DNA from: a bacterium
Lineage (GTDB): Bacteria > UBA10199 > 2-02-FULL-50-16 > JAJFLM01
Reading direction: 5' to 3'
Length of the DNA: 64,000 bases
Assembly: GCA_965216315.1 (NCBI GenBank)
Contig: CBDCFN010000016.1
Location: 1,792,001 to 1,856,000, forward strand
The translations under genes were made by a program, and so were the position numbers. Shown here one piece after another: positions 8,723-19,383 of this stretch (the stretch's first letter is position 1; each line of letters opens with the position of its first letter). The notes under the pieces were generated by a model. That model saw only the letters and a list, made by a program, of their open reading frames with translations. It ran no database searches and was not told the DNA's origin.

Positions 8723-10625
8723 AAAAATCTACATTACGACCGCCATCGACTACGTCAACAGCCTCCCTCACTTAGGCACCGCCTACGAAAAAATCGGTGC
8801 GGATGCCCTGGCCCGCTTCTATCGCCGCGAAGGTCACGAAGTTCATTTCCAAATGGGCAATGATGAACACAGCACAAATGTCCACAAAGCCGCTCAAGAA
8901 AAAAACTTAGCTCCCAAGGCCTACTGTGATGAAATGCGCCAACGCTTTGAAAGTATTTGGCAGCTGTTGGAAATTTCTTATGATGGATTTATCCAGACCT
9001 CCGAACCGCGCCACCACAAGGCCGTCCAGGCACTCTTCCAAAAGATTTATGATGCCGGCGACATATTCAAAGGTCACTATGAGGGTTGGTACTGCGAATC
9101 CTGCGAAGCCTATTATACAGAAAAGGATTTGGTCGATGGGCATTGCCCTAATCACAAGGCCAAACCCAAGTGGCTCCAAGAAGAAAACTATTTTTTCAAG
9201 CTCTCACGCTTTCAAGAACCCCTTCTAAAACTTTACGAAGAGCACCCCGAATTTATCGTTCCGGAAATTCGCCGCAACGAAATCAAGCGACTTGTAGAAG
9301 CCGGACTCCAGGACATCAGTGTCTCTCGTGCCGGCGTCCCCTGGGGAATTCCCTTACCGATTGATAATAATGAAGTTGTTTACGTCTGGTTTGATGCACT
9401 TATCAACTATCTCACGGCAACAGGATTTCCGGACAAGGGTTTCGAAGAGCTTTGGCCTGCCGATCTCCATGTGATCGGCAAAGACATCACGCGTTTTCAC
9501 TGCGTCATCTGGCCGGCCATGCTCATGAGCGCCGGACTCCCGCTGCCCAAAACGGTTTTCGGTCACGGTTTTGTTTATTTGAAAGGCGAAAAAATGAGCA
9601 AGACCCTGGGCAACATCGTCACACCTCTTGATATCGCCCCTACCTACGGCGCAGACGCACTCCGCTATTATTTGTTAGCTGAATCAAGCTTCGGTGCGGA
9701 TGGAGACTTCACTTGGGAAGGTTTTATCAACCGCTACAATGCGGATCTGGCCAATGACCTGGGAAATGTTCTCAATCGAACCGTTGGCATGGCCTATAAA
9801 TATCAAGATGGAGTGATCCGACGACCTGAAGGCGATGATGAAGCCGACGACGAGTTGCTCCAAGAAAAATTCACTCAAGTCCTCCACGAGATGAAAAAGG
9901 CGATGGATCCGGCCAACGGGGATATCCGCACCCATCAAGCGATTGGCTCGCTGTGGAGTTTATTAAGCGCGATCGACAAATATATTGATAGCGAAGCTCC
10001 ATGGACCTTACATAAAGAAAGCAAAGTCGATCGCATCAATGCCGTACTCTACCATGTAGCTGCGGCGCTACGCATAGCAGCGCTCTTATTGGAACCTTAC
10101 CTTCCACTTGCAGCGCAAAAAATATGGCAACGTTTGGGACTAGAAGACAAACAAGATTTTCAGGCCTTAAAATATTCGGAACTTGCGTGGCATGATTTGC
10201 CAACTGAATTCCGGCTTCAGCAAGGAGAGGCCCTCTTCCCTCGCATTGAGGCTGACGATCAAAAGAAATCCAAGAAAGGAAAGAAAATGGAAGCGGAAGA
10301 AGCAAAAATCAGTATCGATGATTTTGCCAAGGTTCAACTCAAAGTTGCTAAAGTCTTAGAGGCTGAAAAAGTCGAAGGCGCTGATCGCCTCCTCAAACTG
10401 CAAATTGATTTAGGCGATGAACAACGCCAACTCGTCGCCGGTATCGCCCAAAGCTATGCACCGGAAGAGCTAATCGGCAAGCAAGTCGTTATTGTCGCCA
10501 ACCTTAAACCGGCAAAAATACGCGGCGTTGAATCGAATGGCATGATACTCGCAGCATCGGGCAAAGATGGTGCTGTCATCCTCCAGCCACAGACGGAAGT
10601 CCCGCTCGGCAATCCGGTCCGTTGA
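8712..10625 (+). CDS. metG: Methionine--tRNA ligase with C-terminal tRNA-binding domain
   Basis: HLGT (HIGH), YVWFDAL, KMSKT motifs; C-terminal Trbp111-like domain. Confidence 0.97.
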   Translation: MSRKKIYITTAIDYVNSLPHLGTAYEKIGADALARFYRREGHEVHFQMGNDEHSTNVHKAAQEKNLAPKAYCDEMRQRFESIWQLLEISYDGFIQTSEPRHHKAVQALFQKIYDAGDIFKGHYEGWYCESCEAYYTEKDLVDGHCPNHKAKPKWLQEENYFFKLSRFQEPLLKLYEEHPEFIVPEIRRNEIKRLVEAGLQDISVSRAGVPWGIPLPIDNNEVVYVWFDALINYLTATGFPDKGFEELWPADLHVIGKDITRFHCVIWPAMLMSAGLPLPKTVFGHGFVYLKGEKMSKTLGNIVTPLDIAPTYGADALRYYLLAESSFGADGDFTWEGFINRYNADLANDLGNVLNRTVGMAYKYQDGVIRRPEGDDEADDELLQEKFTQVLHEMKKAMDPANGDIRTHQAIGSLWSLLSAIDKYIDSEAPWTLHKESKVDRINAVLYHVAAALRIAALLLEPYLPLAAQKIWQRLGLEDKQDFQALKYSELAWHDLPTEFRLQQGEALFPRIEADDQKKSKKGKKMEAEEAKISIDDFAKVQLKVAKVLEAEKVEGADRLLKLQIDLGDEQRQLVAGIAQSYAPEELIGKQVVIVANLKPAKIRGVESNGMILAASGKDGAVILQPQTEVPLGNPVR

Positions 10626-10646
10626 CAAAAAGCAAACAGAGGCGCC

Positions 10647-10886
10647 TTACCTTCTATTATTTTTTGCGACTAGACGCTGCCAAGGAGTCAGTTCCGGTTT
10701 TCCCATAATGAAATGGTCCCAAGGAGCTTCATTGGCGCGGGAATTCCCGGCGATCTGTGGAGGCGTCTGCCTGGAAGTTCCAAGCTTTTTTGCATTTGCG
10801 CGACTAAAAGCGGCAATGCTATCATCCAGATCTATTTGAGCCCGACTCACTGTAATGTGATCCGCTTTGAAATTAATTTCTGCCAT
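10647..10886 (-). CDS. Small hypothetical protein
   Basis: ORF with gaggt RBS before ATG 10886 and the shared promoter motif; PPQIAGN motif shared with 12050-12607. Confidence 0.5.
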   Translation of the reverse strand: MAEINFKADHITVSRAQIDLDDSIAAFSRANAKKLGTSRQTPPQIAGNSRANEAPWDHFIMGKPELTPWQRLVAKNNRR

Positions 10887-11088
10887 AACTATATACCTCA
10901 CTTAAAATTATTTTACTCACTTATCGAATATTATCGACAATTCGAAAACAATGTTGTGACTAGCGCACTAACTTCTGTTAACGCGAGTAAACAGTTTGTG
11001 TTCCTAGAGAAATTCATTTGCACAACTCCATTCCTTGGCATTCGATAATCGCCGCGGTTCTTGAGGGATTTATAAGGAGTCTGAAACG

Positions 11089-11901
11089 TTGTCTTGTGCG
11101 AGCATTGGAAATACGGATTCGGTCGCTGCGTCAATTTGCAGGACGTTTGTTAAATACGGCACTAAAGAGTCCCGCTTTAAAAGCAGTCAAGACGTCTATC
11201 GTTTAGCCATCGACTATGCGATACGAGAGGCACGGCAAAATTATCGGCGATTCCAACAAACCGCGGATGCATCGAAATTCGTATTTCAGTCACCCTGGCT
11301 GAGTTATTTGCATAACAAGGGCGTCATTATCCCCTTTATATTTGACGACCTTAAGACCTCTCGGACCGATGATTTATCGACGTTTCGCCAGTTAAAACAG
11401 CAGAAAAATGCTATTAAGGATATCGCCGCCTTACATTCATTTATCGAGGGCTCAAGCGGTCTCAGCATTAGCTTTAAGAGCAATCCCGGCAACCCAACGC
11501 CCCATAGCCTAGATGCCGTTGCCAGCAAAAAGGGAAACTGTCTTGACTATATTTACCTGTACTATGGGCTTGGAACCTTATTAAAAATCGATATGACTCC
11601 TCATGACCAGCTCGATACCGCCGTCGACAACGCGCATGTGCTTGCAAAATCGGGAAATACATTTTTTGACCCACAGACGGGAACTTCGGTCGATTCACCG
11701 CAGACGCAGGCACTTAGCAGTTTAGAACTGCTCGCTTTTTATCACTATAACAATGCCTTTTACGGGGAATGCAAAGGGCTAAATGATAGTGAAAAAACCG
11801 CTTGTGCCGAAAAAGAAATTCGCTTAGCGGAGCGCTATGCGCCAAGCAATCGTCAAGTCAAACTCGCCCGCGCTTATCTCGACAGTCAATCCAACCAGTG
11901 A
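11089..11901 (+). CDS. Transglutaminase-like (Cys-His-Asp) protein
   Basis: KGNCLDY, AHVL, FFDPQ spacing typical of the transglutaminase-like triad; taaggag RBS. Confidence 0.65.
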   Translation: MSCASIGNTDSVAASICRTFVKYGTKESRFKSSQDVYRLAIDYAIREARQNYRRFQQTADASKFVFQSPWLSYLHNKGVIIPFIFDDLKTSRTDDLSTFRQLKQQKNAIKDIAALHSFIEGSSGLSISFKSNPGNPTPHSLDAVASKKGNCLDYIYLYYGLGTLLKIDMTPHDQLDTAVDNAHVLAKSGNTFFDPQTGTSVDSPQTQALSSLELLAFYHYNNAFYGECKGLNDSEKTACAEKEIRLAERYAPSNRQVKLARAYLDSQSNQ

Positions 11902-12049
11902 CTGCGCTATGCTTCATTAGGAAATCCCCGCCCTGTTAACGAACGTCAACAGATAATTTCCACTCCGAACAACAATTTACTTTCTCCAGCCGATAACTCC
12001 AGACATTGGGTTAGTCACAATTTTAATTAAAGAAGTAAGGAGACATAAA

Positions 12050-12607
12050 ATGGGAGAAAGTAACCTGGTTAATTGCAAAGCCAATAAGGATCCTTGGCTT
12101 ATGCCGAAGTGTGAACCCAGAGAAGAAACCAGCGATGAGTTTTATGAGCGTATTGAAGCTGAAGTTGATGCAGAAATCGCGGCGGAAGAAGCTAAAGCGA
12201 AGGCTGAGGCCAAAGCGAAGCCAGCTAAGCGTGTCGTTGCTGCGCCACCGCCACAGATCGCCGGAAACGGCCCGATGACAGCTGATTTAAGTTCTTTGAC
12301 AGAACCCCTCGTCCCCGGCCCCACAGCAGAACCGACCGTAACAGCCACACCAAAACCTAAAAATGTTCAGTATCGCAACGTTGTGTTCAACACAGGGGAC
12401 AATCAACGAGGCGCCGGCCGCATCGCCGTTGTTAAAGCGGGCAGTAATGAACGTGAAATGGGAAATTACTTGTCAAGCGAAGGCTTCGATCAAACGCCAA
12501 TCCGCTTAAAGGACGGCAGGTTGGTCTACGTCCCGCAAACCATGAGTTCGACGAATAAGGCTTATCTACAGGTAGCCCTCGAAAATGGGAACCTGCGCTT
12601 AAAATAG
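12050..12607 (+). CDS. Hypothetical protein
   Basis: taaggag RBS, shared promoter motif, Ala/Lys/Pro-rich linker. Confidence 0.7.
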   Translation: MGESNLVNCKANKDPWLMPKCEPREETSDEFYERIEAEVDAEIAAEEAKAKAEAKAKPAKRVVAAPPPQIAGNGPMTADLSSLTEPLVPGPTAEPTVTATPKPKNVQYRNVVFNTGDNQRGAGRIAVVKAGSNEREMGNYLSSEGFDQTPIRLKDGRLVYVPQTMSSTNKAYLQVALENGNLRLK

Positions 12608-12878
12608 AAAGCGTCCTAAAAAAGTTAAGCCCGCGCCAGCGACTGAATTTCATCACTGAGCTGCGGAGCAAAGGGATGGACAAGGTCCGATGCGGCGAGC
12701 AATAAGCCTGGCGCGCCCGCCTCAACAACGCTATGCGTCATTCCTCTGAGGCCCCTTCCCCCCAAGTTGAGGACTTCCGTTGACAAAAACATTTATTTTT
12801 TAATTATTTGTAAACATTACTATCTAAAATTCTCTAATATTTTCAAATAATTATAAATTTATGAATGCATACTCTATT

Positions 12879-12894
12879 TGGCATTATCTTTGCA
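12879..12894 (+). promoter_or_regulatory. sigma54 promoter of giant gene A
   Basis: TGGCATTATCTTTGCA (GG-N10-GC) after an AT-rich tract. Confidence 0.7.
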
Positions 12895-12946
12895 TTTGTA
12901 AACAGCATCACTCCGGGTGCGACCGGTGATTATTGAGGAGTAATGC

Positions 12947-15900
12947 ATGGGTGATCATCCCAAGATAGAAAAGCAGGTTCAGGAAATATTGGCAGGTGCG
13001 AACAATCCGCCTCCAGCCATCCACCCACGCCTGCTCAAGGAGATCCCACCGGAAGTAATCGACGACACGCACTCGGTTCGCATCACCGCGGACGGTTTCG
13101 AACTGACCCCAGTGAATGCCGAGCCTATGCCTCCCGAGATGGCAGCCTGTCTCCAGCAACCGAATCAAACTGCAAGACTCGACTGTCTTTTTTCACCATC
13201 TACATACCAAACCCCTGATGTCGACACGTGCCTGGCCATGCCCGACCCGAATGCTTCGGTTAATTGTCTCTTCGGTCCAGGCCTGAGTTTATTTACACCG
13301 ACAAGCACCAGCGCCACAACCATCGCAACCCCAGTCGCACCGACTGAAGAGGCTTCGGAAGTCGACAAGGCATTGCATGAACTCGCCACTGCGGACACCG
13401 ACGAAAAACGCAAATTTGCAGCCAAAAAGGCCTTGGCTGCCGCGAAAAAAAGTCCGAACGCTGAGGTATTGGCCGTGCCGATGGTTACTGCCGAGATCGC
13501 TGCGATCAATGGAAAATATTTAGAAGCCGCCAAGCAGTACGCGCAGCTCTCCGCTTCGCTGCAAGTGCTCGCGGCGACGAATAAAGAAATTCAACCTCAC
13601 GTCGACACCGTTGAAAAACGACGCCGTGGCGTTCTCGCCGCCGGGGCCGCCGTCGCGGTCGCCCAGATCAAGTATGCCGAATCCCCGGAAGCAGGATTAC
13701 GCTTGCAAAAACAGGCGACGGACTGCGCCGATCAATTGTATCTCGCTGAACCGACCGAGAAAAATCTCCAGCTCCTGCTCGCCACGTATGCCCAGGTCGG
13801 TCTGGATGTCCGCGAGGGGCGCCGCCGCATGGCCGCCAATGACTATCGTATCAATGCCCTCACGTTGGGTACCTTTGATCCGAAGCTGGACCCCACCGGG
13901 GAAAGCAATCCCGCTCCTGACAATGATCCTTTCAATTCCAAAAGCATCTTGGGTCCCGACATCAACGACATCGATCACTTCGGCTTCAAGGCCGAACGCT
14001 CCAAGGCGGATACGATCGCCGAGCTGCAGCAAACCAACAAGGAACTCAAGGGCATCGTCGATGAAACCGAACAACATATTCTTAGTCTCATCGCCCGGGC
14101 GCATCCAAACGATCCGTTTGCCTCCAATGTCCAAACGGCCACCGCGCATGTCGTCATGGGCAACAACCCAGCCGCGATGAAAAACCTGCAGGTCGCCCGC
14201 ACACTCTTCAAAGATAAGAGCGTCGAGCACACGCCTGACAATAAAGTGACCTATATCACCCTGCTCCACCGCATGGTGGATATCGCCGGGACGAAGACGG
14301 CCCTCAAGGAAGAAGTCTTGCTCGAAGCCCGCCAAGCAATTGATGAAATGATCAAGTCGCATCCCAAAGTCGCCTTGACCCTGCGTCTCGAGAACATGGA
14401 GCTGCTGGGCCAAGTTCGCGTCGATAAAGCAGCGCGCAAACTCAATGACAAATCCTTAAGTGATGATGACCGCAAAAAAGCCGTCGACAACTATCACCGG
14501 GCCCTGTCACGCAAACATGAAAACATCTTGATGTATTGCAAGCAAGTCTTGCCAATGACGCAGGATCCCGAAGCCCGCAAAGTTCTCATCGGCGGCATCG
14601 CACGTGCCGACGCCGGGCTGCTCGAGGCTCAACTCGATCGCAGCATGACAATTTATCTCAACGGCAACGAAGACCTCGGCAAGGGCTATGCCCAAGTCGA
14701 TATGGATTCGTTTCATCGGCGCATGGCGGAACTGCAGCAGCAGAATCCGACAGTTGATCTCAGCGAGGCCTTGAGCCGCGGGATGTTGGCCCAAGCGCAT
14801 TTTCAATTCCGCACCGGGCAGATCGAAGAGTCGGTTAAGAACCTGCGCAAAATCGTCAACGATCATCCGAAGTCAACCGCGGCTAACATGGTCCGCAGTA
14901 AAGGCGGTTGGGCGCATAAGTACAGTATTGTTACGGACAAGGGTGAATTTAATCCGAACATCGGCACCGAAAGCTGGACGGCCGGCACCAAGGAATTACT
15001 GGGCAAACTCAATAAAAAACCCGGCCGTGCGATGTTGGCTGCCACCGGCGGTTCGATCGTCGGCTGGGGCGCCGGGATGATCTTCGCCCCGGAAATCACC
15101 GGCCCCCTGTTAATCGCCGGTGCGGTCGGTGGGTTTCTTATCGATCGCACGGTTCTCGTCGCCCAAGAGTGGTCCCAAATCTCCGCGGCCTACAATACGG
15201 GAATCTCGACGGTCAGTACCGAAGAAGCGGCCCGCGAAGGCGGCATCTTCGCCCTGCAACTGTTCAGCATGTTCGTCGGCGGGGCGGCCGGTGGTGTTGC
15301 CGAACGCGCGGTCCTCGCGGGTGGAACGCGTCTGGCCCGTTCAATGGCCATGCGCGGGATTACCTCGTCGCCGTGGATGCGCGCGACCGGGGCCTTCGCG
15401 TTGCGTGAGGCCTCTTATGTGGCCAATGCCTATGCCTTCCATGAAACGTCTAATTTAACGACGCAGGCCATCGGAACGGCGGTTGGTCTCGATATCCCCC
15501 AACCCGACTCGAGTCACAACGATGATGTGATCTCGTCTTGGCTCTTCGTCCGCGGCTTTGCCAAGGCGATGAAGATGAACCTCGGTGCCAAGTTTGTCCC
15601 CGGTGAGAGCTTCGGCGCGAAGCTGGCGCAGGGTTCGATCAACATGGGCGTGGGCTTGGGCATCGTGCATACGGCCAAGGCCCTGCGCGAATGGGACCTG
15701 CGCCACCTCGATCCCGACACTCTGGCACGTTCGGCGTTTGATCTCTTGCTCATGCACCACGGAAACAAGGCACTTGGTTCCGTCATTCCGATGTCCGGGA
15801 TTGAAAAGATGAGTAAGGACCTCGAAACGATGACAAAGAAAAATATGCGCGACGCGGCGGCGGCGGTTAAATTTAAACAAGATACCGGGCTTTCGCTACG

Positions 15901-18900
15901 ACAAGCAGTGGGCCTGGGTTCGAACCCTCTCGCCGCACTTCTCCCGGTTCTCATGTACGGCCTACCCATTGTTCCAGGAAAGGGAACAAGTAGTAGAAAG
16001 GCCGAGTCCAAACCAGAAAAGAAAGCGGATCCGGAAGCAACGAATCCCGGACACACGGAAGCAAGAAACCCAGGCGCTAGAGAGGATACTAGGACCAAGG
16101 CAGGTAGAGGAACCAATCCGGGCGTCGACACAAGAAAAGTCGCCAACCTGGATCCTACTTCATTCCTTGCCGAACAGCTCCGCAAGAATGCGTCCACTGA
16201 CTCTGACCAATCGAAAGACACTCGTTCAGAAGAGCACTTGTACGTCGCGGCTTTCATCGAATATTATAATCAGCCCGCACGCATTGAAACGCTAAAAGCA
16301 CTCGGTCAACGAGAAGGTGATGTGGGCCGGAGCGCACGACGTTTCCATGATACATTGATGGACCTTCACATCGACATAGCCGAATACAACCGACTTGCCG
16401 CTGAAAACGTCGATAAAAAGGATCCGGCTGTCACCGAAAAAATGGAAAAGCTCTGGAAGCACAAGATTCTCCGCATGGTCAATCCACGGAAGAACACGCG
16501 TCTGGGTCATGACGGAAATAAATTCGGCGCAGGCGAGCTGGAGCAGCATGACTATAATCAAATAGAAACCGCTTACGCGAATAAACAACAAGCTCTTAAT
16601 AGCGACCTACGCGGCCTCTTCACGGTTCTTGCCATCCTCGAAGTCAAGGCCAACGCCGAGGCTAATAACAGCGGCAAGATGCCCGAGATGGGCTACAAAG
16701 TTTCTTATCAACGCCCTGAAGACCTGGCCCATGTCAACTTTGACCTGAATAATCTCAGCGAAAGTTTTTCCAAGTTATCCGCCCATGAGCTCGTTCAACT
16801 CAATATCCGTGCCAGCAGCCATGAGGCCGCACAGCGCATCGTTGAGACGTTTCGTAACGCCGGATATGAGGTCGTGTCGCATCCCGGGCAAAAAATTAAT
16901 TATAAAGTCAAGGTCCCTTACACGCACAAGATAGGCGGCGTGGAAATACAAGGGACGCATACGGTTGGGCTCAGGCTGGCCGTCGAACCTGCACCCCTCG
17001 GAGCTAAAACCCGACTCTCTCCCGCCGAGACCGCCTCACACGGTTTTGAACTGGCCTGGAACAATAAAAACTTCTGGTCGGAGACCGCTATTCCCGTCCT
17101 TCATAACGGCAAAGTCATTATTTTCAAGATGCGCCCGGGCCTCCCGGAGCCAACGGGTAAGTTTACAACCCTTGCTTCGGAAATCAATGAAACGATTACC
17201 GATCCAGTCGCCAAAGAGCGCCTCCTCAACATGGTCACGGCCCTCCATGGCCTCCATGAACGCCTGCCGCAAGGGGCCAATAAGACCAAGATTGAAACGG
17301 CGATCGATGAATCACGGACCGCACTCCTCAAGAACGGTGCCCGCACGGAGAGTTTAGCTGCCGTATGGTTGACGCTGGGCACTGCTTTGGCCGCATCAGC
17401 GCCGAAACTTCCGCACGTAGCAAGACACTCCACGGAAATGCGCGTCGACCTTCATCTCCCGAAGACCGATTATGACCACCATGTTGCCCAGAATAGTTGG
17501 AAATACACATTACCCGTGCTGCAACGCATGCCCAAGCGGGTGAGACAGTATATTGAATTGGCGACCGCTCCTTATTACGTCGATGGCATGAGCGAACCTA
17601 TCGTTCCGGATGCGCAGAAGACGATTGACTTGGTGACTCACATCGGAGTCGAAAAATTTGATTCCATTTTAAAGGCCGTCAAAAACAACGAACCTGCCCG
17701 CGCCAATATCGACACCTTGCTCAACTATGCGCTCGACACCACGAATTCCGAGAGAAACGCTCACGTCAAAGATTTCATCAACAAGGCATCGATTCATCAA
17801 ATCTTGCTTCTCGTCACCTATCCCGGTAAGAAAAATGTCGTCGCGCAGATCGCCGAAAAGGGTTATGTCGACATACTCAGCGGAGACCCCGCGACCCATG
17901 TCCCTCGCATCGAAAAGATGACCGACACTGCGCTTCGTGATGTACTTCTGGCATTAACGGCACAACGCATGTTTCAACAACATAAGGACAACCCTAAAGC
18001 AACGACGCCTGAAGGCATGGCTTTGCTGCTTAACTTTGGCATTGAACCCGACACGCATTTTCGCTTTCCCTGGAACGCCGTAGATGTAATTGACCGCTCA
18101 AAGCTCTATTTCCGCATCAAGACAGAGCGCAGGGCCTTCCGCAAACAGCTTGGCAAAGCCATTGAAGGCAAGGAAACCGAACTGGATGCGTTGACTGATA
18201 AAATTTGGGAACTCATCCTCATCCAGGACTATAAGGACACCCACCTTCCTTACACTCCGCATGGCTGGAAGCACACCCTCGATGTCGTCAAGGAACAACG
18301 TAAAATTTATAATGGGTCTCCCGAACTCCAAAAAGCCTTGATCGGACAGTTTGGTTCCGAGGCCAAGGCCCTTGCCGTCCTCGATATCGTCGCCATGATG
18401 CACGATGTGGGTTACGGAGCCCTTAAGCCGGGGGAATCCAAGGGAATTCATGCGATCCGTAGCGGTGAACTCTGGAAGGCCCAAATTGCCGACCACGCCA
18501 AGAAAACCCTCGATCTCAATGACAAGCAAATTGAAGATATTTTCTTGGCCATTCAACGCCATGGCGCCGACAAAAAGGGTAAAGGCGGCTACATGGAGGC
18601 CAACTTAGACAACCCTCTCCTCTTTGTCATTCGATTGGCGGACAATCTTGATTCAAGTAAGTCACGGCTCCGTAACATTCAGACACACCCACTTTTTATT
18701 GAGGGTATGAAAGAGATGAGAGAATTCGCTAATGAAAATCCCGATGTCGTCAACAACAAGAAAGAAATGAAGGCCGCGTTACAGAAGATTCGTTTGAGTT
18801 ACGAAAGAAAATTTGAAACGAATATGAACCCCAATGATGCCAAATTAGCCAAAGAACTTTTGGACCGCATGGACCATCTGAGTTGGCCTCACTTTAAGGG

Positions 18901-19210
18901 CTGTGAAAAAGTTTCAACGGTCCACATCACCGAAAAGGAAGGTCAGATGGTCGTAACTTTCGAAATCGCCGGCTTGGCTAATTCAGGCACGGTCACCGAA
19001 CAGCTCAGTGGGAAGACCATGGAAGTGGATGCCGCGCTCTATCAGCTGTGGCGCGCGATCGTCTCGGCCGAATCCCTCGACTACAATGGCCAGAAGATCA
19101 AGTTTAAATACGTCGAACTCCACCCCAGCAATCCGCATAACGGAGACGTAACCGAATTTGCCGGAGACGGTCCCAAGTCCTATCGCCTGCCGCTTGGAGA
19201 GATTCAATAG
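12947..19210 (+). CDS. Giant multidomain protein A (helical/TPR-like, hydrophobic Gly-rich core, C-terminal HD-domain phosphohydrolase)
   Basis: 2087-aa ORF, gaggag RBS; YTPHGWKH...MHDVGY...HAIRS...RHG...RLADNLD HD motif set. Confidence 0.85.
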   Translation: MGDHPKIEKQVQEILAGANNPPPAIHPRLLKEIPPEVIDDTHSVRITADGFELTPVNAEPMPPEMAACLQQPNQTARLDCLFSPSTYQTPDVDTCLAMPDPNASVNCLFGPGLSLFTPTSTSATTIATPVAPTEEASEVDKALHELATADTDEKRKFAAKKALAAAKKSPNAEVLAVPMVTAEIAAINGKYLEAAKQYAQLSASLQVLAATNKEIQPHVDTVEKRRRGVLAAGAAVAVAQIKYAESPEAGLRLQKQATDCADQLYLAEPTEKNLQLLLATYAQVGLDVREGRRRMAANDYRINALTLGTFDPKLDPTGESNPAPDNDPFNSKSILGPDINDIDHFGFKAERSKADTIAELQQTNKELKGIVDETEQHILSLIARAHPNDPFASNVQTATAHVVMGNNPAAMKNLQVARTLFKDKSVEHTPDNKVTYITLLHRMVDIAGTKTALKEEVLLEARQAIDEMIKSHPKVALTLRLENMELLGQVRVDKAARKLNDKSLSDDDRKKAVDNYHRALSRKHENILMYCKQVLPMTQDPEARKVLIGGIARADAGLLEAQLDRSMTIYLNGNEDLGKGYAQVDMDSFHRRMAELQQQNPTVDLSEALSRGMLAQAHFQFRTGQIEESVKNLRKIVNDHPKSTAANMVRSKGGWAHKYSIVTDKGEFNPNIGTESWTAGTKELLGKLNKKPGRAMLAATGGSIVGWGAGMIFAPEITGPLLIAGAVGGFLIDRTVLVAQEWSQISAAYNTGISTVSTEEAAREGGIFALQLFSMFVGGAAGGVAERAVLAGGTRLARSMAMRGITSSPWMRATGAFALREASYVANAYAFHETSNLTTQAIGTAVGLDIPQPDSSHNDDVISSWLFVRGFAKAMKMNLGAKFVPGESFGAKLAQGSINMGVGLGIVHTAKALREWDLRHLDPDTLARSAFDLLLMHHGNKALGSVIPMSGIEKMSKDLETMTKKNMRDAAAAVKFKQDTGLSLRQAVGLGSNPLAALLPVLMYGLPIVPGKGTSSRKAESKPEKKADPEATNPGHTEARNPGAREDTRTKAGRGTNPGVDTRKVANLDPTSFLAEQLRKNASTDSDQSKDTRSEEHLYVAAFIEYYNQPARIETLKALGQREGDVGRSARRFHDTLMDLHIDIAEYNRLAAENVDKKDPAVTEKMEKLWKHKILRMVNPRKNTRLGHDGNKFGAGELEQHDYNQIETAYANKQQALNSDLRGLFTVLAILEVKANAEANNSGKMPEMGYKVSYQRPEDLAHVNFDLNNLSESFSKLSAHELVQLNIRASSHEAAQRIVETFRNAGYEVVSHPGQKINYKVKVPYTHKIGGVEIQGTHTVGLRLAVEPAPLGAKTRLSPAETASHGFELAWNNKNFWSETAIPVLHNGKVIIFKMRPGLPEPTGKFTTLASEINETITDPVAKERLLNMVTALHGLHERLPQGANKTKIETAIDESRTALLKNGARTESLAAVWLTLGTALAASAPKLPHVARHSTEMRVDLHLPKTDYDHHVAQNSWKYTLPVLQRMPKRVRQYIELATAPYYVDGMSEPIVPDAQKTIDLVTHIGVEKFDSILKAVKNNEPARANIDTLLNYALDTTNSERNAHVKDFINKASIHQILLLVTYPGKKNVVAQIAEKGYVDILSGDPATHVPRIEKMTDTALRDVLLALTAQRMFQQHKDNPKATTPEGMALLLNFGIEPDTHFRFPWNAVDVIDRSKLYFRIKTERRAFRKQLGKAIEGKETELDALTDKIWELILIQDYKDTHLPYTPHGWKHTLDVVKEQRKIYNGSPELQKALIGQFGSEAKALAVLDIVAMMHDVGYGALKPGESKGIHAIRSGELWKAQIADHAKKTLDLNDKQIEDIFLAIQRHGADKKGKGGYMEANLDNPLLFVIRLADNLDSSKSRLRNIQTHPLFIEGMKEMREFANENPDVVNNKKEMKAALQKIRLSYERKFETNMNPNDAKLAKELLDRMDHLSWPHFKGCEKVSTVHITEKEGQMVVTFEIAGLANSGTVTEQLSGKTMEVDAALYQLWRAIVSAESLDYNGQKIKFKYVELHPSNPHNGDVTEFAGDGPKSYRLPLGEIQ

Positions 19211-19367
19211 CGACGACACAGCGCGTTAAATTCGAGGTGGACAGAAGTCTCCAGCAGTGGGGCCTTTGCTTACTAATATTATGTTTTTTTAAATTGAGTA
19301 AACAAAGGATTTTAATATTTATGTAATAAATTCATCTATTTATATAAATAATACTGTATACTTATAT

Positions 19368-19383
19368 TGGCATATACATTGCA
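19368..19383 (+). promoter_or_regulatory. sigma54 promoter of giant gene B
   Basis: TGGCATATACATTGCA (GG-N10-GC), followed by tgtaaacag...gggtgcg.ccg as upstream of gene A. Confidence 0.7.

Noticed and set aside
12632..12715. Possible structured RNA (cgcgccag...ctggcgcg)
   Set aside because: Only an 8-bp outer stem and a single copy; insufficient support
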